In this document: in pieces, positions 19,005 through 27,187 of the stretch | How positions within the stretch are numbered: position 1 is the stretch's first letter | Layout of the letters: every line of letters begins with the position of its first letter | DNA from: a virus | DNA length: 64,000 bases | Strand: one strand, 5' to 3' | Virus record (IMG/VR): IMGVR_UViG_3300045988_130750 | Location: 32,001-96,000 of that record | The notes under the pieces: model-generated | What the model was told of the DNA's origin: nothing | The model's input: only the letters and a program-made list of their open reading frames with translations | Databases searched by the model: none | Program-made: the position numbers and the translations under genes

Positions 19005-20182
19005 TAGTTCAATTCCTCCATATCAATTATATTTTTATTTGTAGTAACACCGATTGTTTCAGCCATTGTTTCACACCAATCATTCACCATATATATAATA
19101 TTCTCTAAATTTTTTCTTAAAGCTGTATTATCTTTTATAACAGGTAGAATTTTGGAATATCTTAATGGCGATAGAGTAGTAGATAATAATTTTTCTATTT
19201 CATTTACAAGAGTTGTAATGTCTTTTGAAATCTCAATAACGTTATAATCTCCACTTGGATCTAAATTCAAAGTTGCTATATCATTTTTCAATTTTATGTA
19301 TTCTTCGGATTCTTTTTTATATGATTGCAAAAGACTTTCATTAAATTCATTAGAAGATTTTAATGTACTATTCATAATTTCCAAGTTATTGATTTTCGTC
19401 TTTAAGTTAGAAATCTGAGACATGGCTTTTTTATATTTATTCTCTAAATCATAATCAGTTTTATCAATTATTTTTTCTTTGGCAGATTGTGATTTTAGCT
19501 GATTTATCTCGTTAATATATTTTTGAACTTCATTTTTAGTGATTTTCTTAGTTGTGTCCATAGAAGATATAAGTTCAATTTGTTCATCTTCAGATAAATT
19601 TCGCATTATGGCAAGGGCAGTAGTAGGCATTACTATTCCTGTATCAACAAGGTCTTTCAACTCTGGTATCATTTCAGTGAGCTTTTTGTAGTTTTGAAGA
19701 GATTGAACAGATATACCTATTTCTTTTGCTATATCCGCCTCAGTTTTTGGAGTCTTATAATTATTAGATGACTCCTCATATTGATTCCCATAATATCCAG
19801 ATCCGCCTTGTTTTATATCATAAATTCTTTCAAGTTCTTTAATACATTTGCCGAGTTTAATTGCATTAGGATTACCAATACCACGTTGACGAATATTAGT
19901 TTCTATGAGATCAGCAAGGATTTCGTCATCTGAATCATATATTTTAATTTCAGCATTAACCTGTTTCTCTCCAAGTTCTTTCAACCCCCTGACTCTTTGA
20001 TGTCCTGATACTATAGTTTTATCTTGAGTTATTACAATTGGTTCTACGTTCCCAGTTTTTCCATTTTTTATTCGTTCTCGCATAGAATCCAGAAATTGTT
20101 CCCAATTAGAACCAGTAATATCATCAAAAAATTCATTGTTTCTTGGATGAGGTTTTAATTCACCTATATTTATTGGTTGCAT
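19004..20182 (-). CDS. ParB/Srx-fold N-terminal domain protein with HTH and long coiled-coil tail
   Basis: MQPINIGELKPHPRNNEF...EPIVITQDKTIVSGHQRVRGLKELG is a ParB-like nuclease-domain pattern. ATG at 20182 has AAAGGAAAG upstream; the track start is 20254. Confidence 0.75.
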   Translation of the reverse strand: MQPINIGELKPHPRNNEFFDDITGSNWEQFLDSMRERIKNGKTGNVEPIVITQDKTIVSGHQRVRGLKELGEKQVNAEIKIYDSDDEILADLIETNIRQRGIGNPNAIKLGKCIKELERIYDIKQGGSGYYGNQYEESSNNYKTPKTEADIAKEIGISVQSLQNYKKLTEMIPELKDLVDTGIVMPTTALAIMRNLSEDEQIELISSMDTTKKITKNEVQKYINEINQLKSQSAKEKIIDKTDYDLENKYKKAMSQISNLKTKINNLEIMNSTLKSSNEFNESLLQSYKKESEEYIKLKNDIATLNLDPSGDYNVIEISKDITTLVNEIEKLLSTTLSPLRYSKILPVIKDNTALRKNLENIIYMVNDWCETMAETIGVTTNKNIIDMEELN

Positions 20183-20326
20183 TTTTCTTTCCTTTCTTCT
20201 AAAACATAATTTACAGTTACAATTTGTGAGATGAGAGTGTGGTAAGTGATTCAATTAGTTATTCTCTTTTTATTTATGAAATATATGGTATAATATTTGC
20301 ATCAATACAAGAGAGGAGATGAGATT

Positions 20327-20497
20327 ATGGCTAAAACCGATAAAGAAATTACATCAGAAATCGTTTGTGAATTCATCCGTGCTTGGGGAACACAAGATAA
20401 CTGTATACCAATTAAAATGGACGTGCTTCCAGAACTAATAAAGAAAACTTACAACACAGTTCATTCTTTAGAAAAATCTGATTCTGATGAAGAATAG
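20327..20497 (+). CDS. Hypothetical small protein, lone rightward gene in the leftward arm
   Basis: GAGAGGAG SD precedes ATG at 20327. Extended -10 TGGTATAAT at about 20286-20294. The 3' end overlaps the convergent ORF 20461-20676. Confidence 0.55.
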   Translation: MAKTDKEITSEIVCEFIRAWGTQDNCIPIKMDVLPELIKKTYNTVHSLEKSDSDEE

Positions 20498-20676
20498 TCT
20501 TTATGTGGTTTAATCGTTGCTCTTGCTTTTACCAATGAAGCGAGGGCTTCGATTTCATCACATTGCTTTATTGAGCCTTCTCCATACATACTACTGATAT
20601 TCTTAGAAATTGTCTCAATAAGGTTTGTTACACAATTGTCAATTCTTTCACTATTTGTCATTTTGAATTCCTCCAT
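20461..20676 (-). CDS. Hypothetical small protein
   Basis: 71-aa ORF with GGAGGAATTCAAAATG start context. Confidence 0.6.
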   Translation of the reverse strand: MEEFKMTNSERIDNCVTNLIETISKNISSMYGEGSIKQCDEIEALASLVKARATIKPHKDYSSSESDFSKE

Positions 20677-20763
20677 AATAAATATTTATTTTGTCACATT
20701 GTAATATTCTCCATCTTAACTTTCAAAAGTTATGAACTTTTACATTTATGAAATTGTCAAAAA

Positions 20764-20995
20764 TTCATTTAGGTACATACAGCATGTACCTAAAAGTGAA
20801 AAAATACTTCATTTGGGTACATGCCAGCTATCAATTTTGTGCAGTCTATATCTATATAGACTCATATTATCAAGAGAAGAATATTCCGTTTGTATTTCGC
20901 TTACGCTACATACAAACTCCATAATTTTTTGTTTGATTGTTATTGATTGATTTAGGTATATGGTGTTTTGGATTGATAGTTTCATTTGGGTACAT
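20764..20995. promoter_or_regulatory. Regulatory region with three TTCATTTRGGTACAT copies and two perfect palindromes
   Basis: Copies at 20764-20778, 20808-20822 and 20981-20995. Palindrome TTTAGGTACAT-ACAGC-ATGTACCTAAA at 20768-20794. Palindrome AGTCTATAT-CT-ATATAGACT at about 20844-20863. Confidence 0.5.
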
Positions 20996-21014
20996 ATATG
21001 ATGCACCTATAGTT

Positions 21015-21416
21015 TTATTCTCCATCTGGATTATTATTCTGTCCCAAATCAACATACTTCTCTTTAAAAATATCCTCTACAAAGAATACTGGTAATTTGT
21101 CATGGTATTTTTCATATAATTCCTCGCCTGATATACTTATTACACAAAAATGTTTATCTTCTTCTTGTCTTTGTTTTTGCAATGATTCAATTTCTTTTGA
21201 ATATTTACCACTTTTAAGATATTCACCTATTTTCCCACAAATAGTACAATAACTGCTTAATTGTGTATGTATACTATTCTTTCCTGCAAATGAAAATGGA
21301 TTTTGAATCAGACATTCTTCATAATGATGTTTGTGCTTTGATTTCTTCTTTGCTTTGGATATATTGCTTTCTCTCTGTTTAAGATATTTTGGTATCTCTA
21401 TTTCATATTTGTTCAT
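21015..21416 (-). CDS. Hypothetical zinc-ribbon protein
   Basis: 133-aa ORF. HKHHYEECL...CTICGKIG. Confidence 0.7.
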   Translation of the reverse strand: MNKYEIEIPKYLKQRESNISKAKKKSKHKHHYEECLIQNPFSFAGKNSIHTQLSSYCTICGKIGEYLKSGKYSKEIESLQKQRQEEDKHFCVISISGEELYEKYHDKLPVFFVEDIFKEKYVDLGQNNNPDGE

Positions 21417-21516
21417 TTGGTTTTTTATTCCTTTCTATATTGATACTTATATATTCTCCACATAAAAATAAAAGGCAGATGATTTCTCATCTACCTTTAA
21501 TAATATAATGCGTATT

Positions 21517-22572
21517 TTATTCTTCTGTTTCTTCCTCAATAATATAATCAGCACATAACCAATCTGATTCTGGCTTTGCAATTAATCTTGCATCCATATA
21601 AGCCATTTCCATAGTAAGACATGTTTTTGCTTGATAATGATTGCCTCTTCGTTTTTCAAGAACCAATGCAATATCTGGTTTATCATCCTTTGTAAAACAT
21701 AATGGAATCATTAATTGGATCTTTTCTTGATAATAGTGCGGAATGGCTAACTTATAATTGGCAGTTACTTTTTGTATAGCAGTATCAATATAACCTTTTA
21801 ATACCTCTAATGGTCTTTCACTTTCTTTGATACAGTTTGGTAATCTGTTGTATGTATTTAAGTCATCTAATATGTGATTATAATTAGGATGTACCTTACA
21901 ATGCCAATCAAATACTAGAAGAGTAGTATCCTGAAAATAATCTGCTCTTTCGGGAAAATCTGCATCAACATCAAGAGATGTTAATTCATATTCATCTTTA
22001 AATCCTTTAAAATACCATTTTTGTACCGAATCATCAGTTAAATATCTTTGATTTAATTCGCCATATGCATAAATTGGTATATAACGATCAGTGAATAAAC
22101 CAGTATTAAATAAACAATATTCATCAGTTTCAATGATTTTGTGTTCACGCTGTAATTGATAAAATGTGTTTAATAGATAATTTTTTAGAATTGCATTATC
22201 ATTTTTATTTTCAAAATTCCAGGACTCTTTTATAGCTTTTTCAGCAAGCGATTGAATTTGAGAATTATAATCTCCCCAATACATATAATCATATAATTTT
22301 ATAAGTTCCATATATTCCATGCCTTCTTTCTGAAAAGTTTCTTTTAGTATAGCATTTTTTCTTGATATAGAAAAGAATTTTTCTGGAATCTTAAGTTCTT
22401 TATAAAATGTTTCATAAGGATTATCTGTATATTCTTGAATATGACGTGCTGATAATCCTTTTTGAAAAATTGCTTTTTGATACGCTTCTTTTTCTGATTC
22501 AGCATAAATTACAATTATGTTTTTGTATACATTTCCGAATTCTTCCGTTGTTGGTACTAAATATGTGTTCAT
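21517..22572 (-). CDS. Hypothetical protein (C-terminus reminiscent of DUF3825)
   Basis: 351-aa ORF. The C-terminal CLTMEMAYMDARLIAKPESDWL resembles the DUF3825 signature as I remember it. Confidence 0.65.
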   Translation of the reverse strand: MNTYLVPTTEEFGNVYKNIIVIYAESEKEAYQKAIFQKGLSARHIQEYTDNPYETFYKELKIPEKFFSISRKNAILKETFQKEGMEYMELIKLYDYMYWGDYNSQIQSLAEKAIKESWNFENKNDNAILKNYLLNTFYQLQREHKIIETDEYCLFNTGLFTDRYIPIYAYGELNQRYLTDDSVQKWYFKGFKDEYELTSLDVDADFPERADYFQDTTLLVFDWHCKVHPNYNHILDDLNTYNRLPNCIKESERPLEVLKGYIDTAIQKVTANYKLAIPHYYQEKIQLMIPLCFTKDDKPDIALVLEKRRGNHYQAKTCLTMEMAYMDARLIAKPESDWLCADYIIEEETEE

Positions 22573-23089
22573 GTGTTAATTCCTTTCGTTGAATATATTT
22601 TATTGGTTCATGGTTATATATTCTCTGTTTGGAACTTTATTTTACTTAAAATTTATTTTTCCGTATTTTTTATGAGTAGTAGTGAGATATGAGATATGAT
22701 TTCTGTATGGTTTTAATGTACCCCCTATGTATGGGAGTAAATTAAAGAAAATGAGGATGATTTTCGATTTTAGGTTGTTAGGTATGCAATTTATCATTGA
22801 GGTAGTTTTGATTGAAATTTGAGTCGATTTCGTGTGATTTAGTCTAAGGATTGGGGTGTTGGGATTAGCTGGTGAGTGCTTGGTAATGATGTAAGAAATG
22901 AGATATGGGATTTTTTAGAATTTTTGAATTAAATTTGATTTGAGAATTTATGTCACGATTATTTGATAATTTTCGTGAAAACTGGTTATCGGTGAAAATG
23001 CTTATAAATAAGGAAGAAAGTTGCGTTGGTTGGATGATTTTTGGTATGATAAAGTTTTAAAAAATTGGGTGTGAAGAGGGTAAAATAGT

Positions 23090-23122
23090 TGAAAAATAAA
23101 AAGCAGATAGAGATATCTGCTT
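23090..23122 (-). terminator. Rho-independent terminator after the 23130-24164 gene
   Basis: Stem AGCAGAT (23102-23108) / ATCTGCT (23114-23120), followed on the minus strand by TTTTTATTTTT. Confidence 0.7.
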
Positions 23123-23129
23123 TAAAATT

Positions 23130-24164
23130 TTATTTATTGGGATTAGTAATCCTATGATTTTTCATATTTAATTTTTTATCATAATTACATAAATTATAAA
23201 TATTTCCTTGTCTTAATCTGGTTTGCACTGTTTGTATAGAACAATCAAGCTTATTGGAAATTTTTTCTACTGAATATCCTTTATTCCATAATTTACAATA
23301 TTTTGATACTACATTCTGTGTTGCAAATTTGCTACATTCAAATTCGGATATATTTGAAAAATCAATAAAAGTTAATACAGATTTTGCTATATTATATAGA
23401 TTGTTTTGATCTCTTGCATCTATAACATAATATGATAGTCCATTTTTTATAGCTGTATCATATTTTAATTTATCTGATGATATACATTCAAGGTATTGTT
23501 GTTCAGCAGTTCTCTGTTCTCTATTTGGATTTTTAATTGGTTCGTAATGTTGTACTCCGTTTATTTCGACAATAGCATTATATTTTGGAAGATATACGTC
23601 ATACCATCTATTTTGTAACCAATTAAATTCTTTTTGAACTTCAAATTCTATTCCAGCTTGTATAAATATGGAAAATATAAATCTTTCAGTCCAAGAACTT
23701 CTAATTCCACAAACAGGACAAGATGATAATATCTCTTCACGAGTTTCATATTTATATCCACAGGATAAACATTTTAATTTATATCCTCTTGCAGTTTCAT
23801 AACCTTTTGATGATTTTACAGAAATCCTACATTGCTCAATTACTTTAGATTTTTGAAAATCTTTGTCTATAATATTTCCAACATTATATTTATATTTTCT
23901 TGTATTTACATTTTTATTGAGAAAAGTAGGGATTCTTAATTGAAGTAAATTTGATGTAGAAGTTGTCATTATATTGTCTTGATATTGAATTGTAATGAGA
24001 TTTTTCCGATTAATAGATTCATAATCTATAATTTTAATTATTCCTTCTAAGTCATCATATTGAAATGGTAACTCCTTGCCTATATTCTCTTTCCAATAGA
24101 AGTGTCCTTTATTATTACCTGAAGTATATTTCGTGAGAGTAGAAGTGTCTAAGTATTTTGTCAT
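23130..24164 (-). CDS. Homing-endonuclease-like protein (zinc ribbon + PD-(D/E)xK/DUF559-like core + C-terminal HTH)
   Basis: 344 aa. CLSCGYKYE...CPVCG, then RWYDVYLPKYNAIVEINGVQHYEP, then the C-terminal IQTVQTRLRQGNIYN. Confidence 0.6.
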   Translation of the reverse strand: MTKYLDTSTLTKYTSGNNKGHFYWKENIGKELPFQYDDLEGIIKIIDYESINRKNLITIQYQDNIMTTSTSNLLQLRIPTFLNKNVNTRKYKYNVGNIIDKDFQKSKVIEQCRISVKSSKGYETARGYKLKCLSCGYKYETREEILSSCPVCGIRSSWTERFIFSIFIQAGIEFEVQKEFNWLQNRWYDVYLPKYNAIVEINGVQHYEPIKNPNREQRTAEQQYLECISSDKLKYDTAIKNGLSYYVIDARDQNNLYNIAKSVLTFIDFSNISEFECSKFATQNVVSKYCKLWNKGYSVEKISNKLDCSIQTVQTRLRQGNIYNLCNYDKKLNMKNHRITNPNK

Positions 24165-24523
24165 TTAATTCCTCCTTAAATAGAAAATGTTTTTGTTACA
24201 TTTATTTATTCTCTATTCGATTGGAGTTTTATTTAAAAAATTGATATCGAAAAAGTATTTGATTTTCTTGGTGATTTTTTGATATGTGATTAATTTTTAA
24301 TAATGAAAAATTTTAAAAAATGACTATTTAGGTGTTTAAAACGCTTATTTATAAGGGGATTTCACGATACGGTATACGATAAGAGTAATTTCTGTTAAAA
24401 TTATGATTTTTGCTTAATTTTCTTGGGATTTCAGAAGTTAAAATCTGAAGTGTGTGTCGAGATGAATCAGCTATATGGATTCCAGAAAAAACAAGCTGCG
24501 GATCTAGTTTTTAGTACCCCGGT

Positions 24524-24646
24524 CAAACACTTGTTCGATAAAACATACCATAATAGTACAATATTAGAGTATGTTTTTATTAGAACGTTTGTTCGATATA
24601 ATCAGATCTGGACTATTAGAGCAGAATGTACTAGAACGTATGTTTG
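24524..24646 (+). promoter_or_regulatory. Cluster of three LexA (Cheo-type) boxes, one overlapping a TATAAT
   Basis: CAAACACTTGTTCG at 24524-24537. AGAACGTTTGTTCG at 24582-24595, immediately before TATAAT at 24597-24602. AGAACGTATGTTTG at 24633-24646. Consensus is CGAAC-N4-GTTCG. Confidence 0.6.
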
Positions 24647-24806
24647 GATATATTTTTGTATCGTTTCAAATCCCCACTTTTATGTTAAAATCAATCAAAA
24701 AATGGTCATTACTCACCACTTTCCACCCAAAAACCTATATAAAAATGGGATAACTCACCACTTTGATATAAAATCAGATAAATTTTAAAAAATATTTAAA
24801 AAGTAG

Positions 24807-24835
24807 TTGACAAGTAGTGATAAAAGTATTATTAT
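24807..24835 (+). promoter_or_regulatory. Sigma-A-type promoter flanked by AAGTAGT half-sites
   Basis: TTGACA at 24807-24812, a 17-nt spacer, TATTAT at 24830-24835. AAGTAGT lies on both sides of the -35. Confidence 0.55.
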
Positions 24836-24902
24836 ATAGTCAAGTCAAGAGGATACAACATGATGGTTGAAACGACATTGACAAAAATATTTTAAATAAC
24901 TA

Positions 24903-24931
24903 TTGACAAACTACTTACAAAGTAGTACAAT
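24903..24931 (+). promoter_or_regulatory. Promoter of the RHH gene with an operator in the spacer
   Basis: TTGACA at 24903-24908, a 17-nt spacer containing the inverted repeat CTACTT-ACA-AAGTAG (24911-24925), TACAAT at 24926-24931. Confidence 0.65.
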
Positions 24932-24955
24932 CTAATTATCAAATAAAGGAGGGAT

Positions 24956-25153
24956 GTGATTACCACGGCAGACAAAAAACAATTAAATACTCCGATACAA
25001 GCTGATATTCTGGATAATTTCAGATTAACTTGTAAAGAGTATAATCTTAATATGAATGTTGTTTTAGAAGCATTACTAAAAGATTTTAGCAATGGCAATT
25101 ATAGTATTATCATCAATAGAGGCAATGATATACAGGTCAAGAAAAATATTTAA
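24956..25153 (+). CDS. Ribbon-helix-helix (Arc/CopG-like) regulator
   Basis: GTG start after AAAGGAGGGA. KQLNTPIQADILDNFRLTCKEYNLNMNVVLEALLKDF fits a strand-helix-helix pattern. Confidence 0.6.
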   Translation: MITTADKKQLNTPIQADILDNFRLTCKEYNLNMNVVLEALLKDFSNGNYSIIINRGNDIQVKKNI

Positions 25154-25155
25154 AA

Positions 25156-25189
25156 ACTACTTGACAAGTAGTAAACAACATGATATATT
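25156..25189 (+). promoter_or_regulatory. Promoter whose -35 is embedded in the perfect palindrome ACTACTTG-A-CAAGTAGT
   Basis: Palindrome at 25156-25172. TTGACA at 25161-25166, a 17-nt spacer, TATATT at 25184-25189. Confidence 0.65.
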
Positions 25190-25442
25190 ATAGTCACAGG
25201 GTAACAAAAAACCCTGTACCACCTAAAAAGATAGTACAGGGCATTTGAAAAGATTGTATAAGTGTATATACAACCTAATCAGAACAATTAGATTATACAA
25301 TTCTTTTCAATAGCTGTCAAGTCCGGCAGTAATAAATCCCTTATTATAAACCAGCACTAAAAATCATAAATAAGTACATTGATAATTGAATAAAGGCTTT
25401 ACACTATGGTATAATACCACTAACGAAAGAAGGTGGTAGAAA

Positions 25443-25580
25443 GTGAGTGAATACATGACGGGTAAAGAAGTAGTAAACCTTATAACAGCTCTCGAAAAAG
25501 AAGGTATGACAGCCGAAAAGATTATTGAAATAATCAAGTATATTGAAACGGCAGACCCGAAAGACCCTAGTAACAATTAA
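25443..25580 (+). CDS. Hypothetical 45-aa protein (below the track cutoff)
   Basis: GTG at 25443 lies 5 nt after GAAGGTGG. Reads VSEYMTGKEVVNLITALEKEGMTAEKIIEIIKYIETADPKDPSNN*. Extended -10 TGGTATAAT upstream, terminator downstream. Confidence 0.5.
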   Translation: MSEYMTGKEVVNLITALEKEGMTAEKIIEIIKYIETADPKDPSNN

Positions 25581-25607
25581 CCAATAGTAACTCTATAAAC
25601 CCTATCT

Positions 25608-25655
25608 AAGGTGTAAAGTCTTTATTGAATTATCAAGGCTTTACACCTTTTTAAT
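25608..25655 (+). terminator. Rho-independent terminator
   Basis: AAGGTGTAAAGTC (25608-25620) pairs with GGCTTTACACCTT (25637-25649), then TTTT. Confidence 0.7.
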
Positions 25656-26248
25656 TATGTTAGCACATCTGTAGACCGGACACCGAACCGGACTTGATAC
25701 CATTAGTCAAGATAGAACCATCCAAGAACGATGTAAAACCTCACGGCTACTTGTACAGCCTACCCGAAGTGGTATAAAAAAAGCTATCATATATAGCAAC
25801 GTACATAGGCACTTGATAGCAGTTATCAAGAGGTCGGATTAATACCTTAAAGAAACAATCCAGTCAAGCCACACTATAGCAGGCACGTAGTAGCAGGAAC
25901 GATAGTTACCTCATAAGTAGTGAAGTCGCTACTTATTACCATTCCGGCGTTGTGTAACCGGCAAGATAGCAACTCATAAACGTATTTAAAAATTCTTTTG
26001 AGTGTTTCACTCATTCAGTGATAGTAAACATTAAATTATATACGAGGTTTATTCTATCACATTTCCAGGTTTGTTTCAAACCATAGAATCTTTAAATATA
26101 GTACCGCTTTTTATGTCAAGCGTTAAAAAATGATAATAAGACATAGTTATAGCAGTGTTCGCAAGCTATGACAAAAATATATACTTTGCACATTATAATA
26201 ATTATCAAGAAGTAACCTATAAGACCAGGCGAAAAAGTTTAAAAATCA

Positions 26249-26336
26249 GGTCATAAAGTGCCAGGCACATTCTACGCTTTTTGAGCGGTGCGTATTAAAA
26301 CGCTTTAGGAAGTCGGTTCAAATCCGACTATGACCT
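26249..26336 (+). other. tRNA-like structure 1 (perfect 7-bp acceptor + canonical T arm, non-tRNA interior)
   Basis: GGTCATA (26249-26255) pairs with TATGACC (26329-26335). T arm GTCGG-TTCAAAT-CCGAC. The 56-nt interior has a direct repeat ACGCTTT x2 competing for one GCGT. Confidence 0.5.
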
Positions 26337-26389
26337 TTTACCCAAAAATATATTGCACTCATGCGTTAAATGGGAGAAAGAAGGATATT

Positions 26390-27187
26390 ATGTTAAAATC
26401 TGAAAAATTCTATTCAAAAACTAATGCACTCAAAGACACTACTTTTGACTTTGCAGGTCATGTTCGTACACTTGTACGCCACACTGAATTATCACGGATG
26501 CAGGATAAGAAGTCATTCAAGGATGGCAAAAAAGCCCTTGAGGATTTACACGCTAATATTGACGTTATGACTTGCGAAAAGTCTATTATCAATGAGGCTT
26601 TAGGTGTAGACGCTGGGCAGTTCATCAAAGACCGTGAAGAGATTATTGCACTTAAGGAAGAAATTGCAAGCCTTCCTATTACTATTGACCAGGTAACTGC
26701 ATTGTGTCCTACTGACCGTGTGCATATTACTTTGATGGCTCATGCTATCTATAAGAATGTACAGCTTGATGCGGATATTTTCGATACTGAAAAAGGCGGT
26801 GTTGATATTTCTAAAGCTATTCACGCTTACTACAGTAAAGGCTCTATTAAGGACTTAAAGGATGCTTTGCGTCCAATATTCAATAAGTTAATCGGTTCTG
26901 AAGGTGACCATTTCTACGGCATTAAACCCAAAAAGTCCGACTTTACCGAAAAAGACCTTCGCAACTTCCTTGCTACTTTTGGCGGTTCTGCTAAACGTGA
27001 GCAGGTCAAGTCTAAAAAGGATGGAGTAGAAACAATCACATTCAAGGATTTTAACTATACAGACAAATCAGGCAATAAAAAAGTACAGATTACAGCCTTT
27101 ACAACTCTTTGTGCAGTAGTCCTTGATAATGCATCAAAACACGAAGTTATTAAACCAGAAGAGAAGAAGAAAGAAGAAGCAAAATAG
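26390..27187 (+). CDS. Hypothetical protein, Lys-rich tail
   Basis: ATG at 26390 after GGGAGAAAGAAGG; the track start at 26330 would lie inside the tRNA-like element. Visibly higher G+C than neighbouring genes. Confidence 0.7.
   Translation: MLKSEKFYSKTNALKDTTFDFAGHVRTLVRHTELSRMQDKKSFKDGKKALEDLHANIDVMTCEKSIINEALGVDAGQFIKDREEIIALKEEIASLPITIDQVTALCPTDRVHITLMAHAIYKNVQLDADIFDTEKGGVDISKAIHAYYSKGSIKDLKDALRPIFNKLIGSEGDHFYGIKPKKSDFTEKDLRNFLATFGGSAKREQVKSKKDGVETITFKDFNYTDKSGNKKVQITAFTTLCAVVLDNASKHEVIKPEEKKKEEAK

Noticed and set aside
20732-21006. Overlapping ORFs 20732-20950 (+) and 20809-21006 (-)
   Set aside because: They are mutually exclusive and lack SDs. They span the repeat and palindrome cluster, which I interpret as regulatory DNA.
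24423-24788. 121-aa and 60-aa plus-strand ORFs at the arm junction
   Set aside because: They have no SD and a TTG-type start, and they run straight through the LexA boxes and promoter elements. I treat the region as regulatory DNA.
26249-26336. TLS1 as a tmRNA or a long-variable-arm (type II) tRNA
   Set aside because: At about 88 nt it is too short for a tmRNA, and it has no resume codon or tag ORF. The would-be D stem would enclose only a 3-nt loop, and no 7-nt anticodon loop can be drawn.
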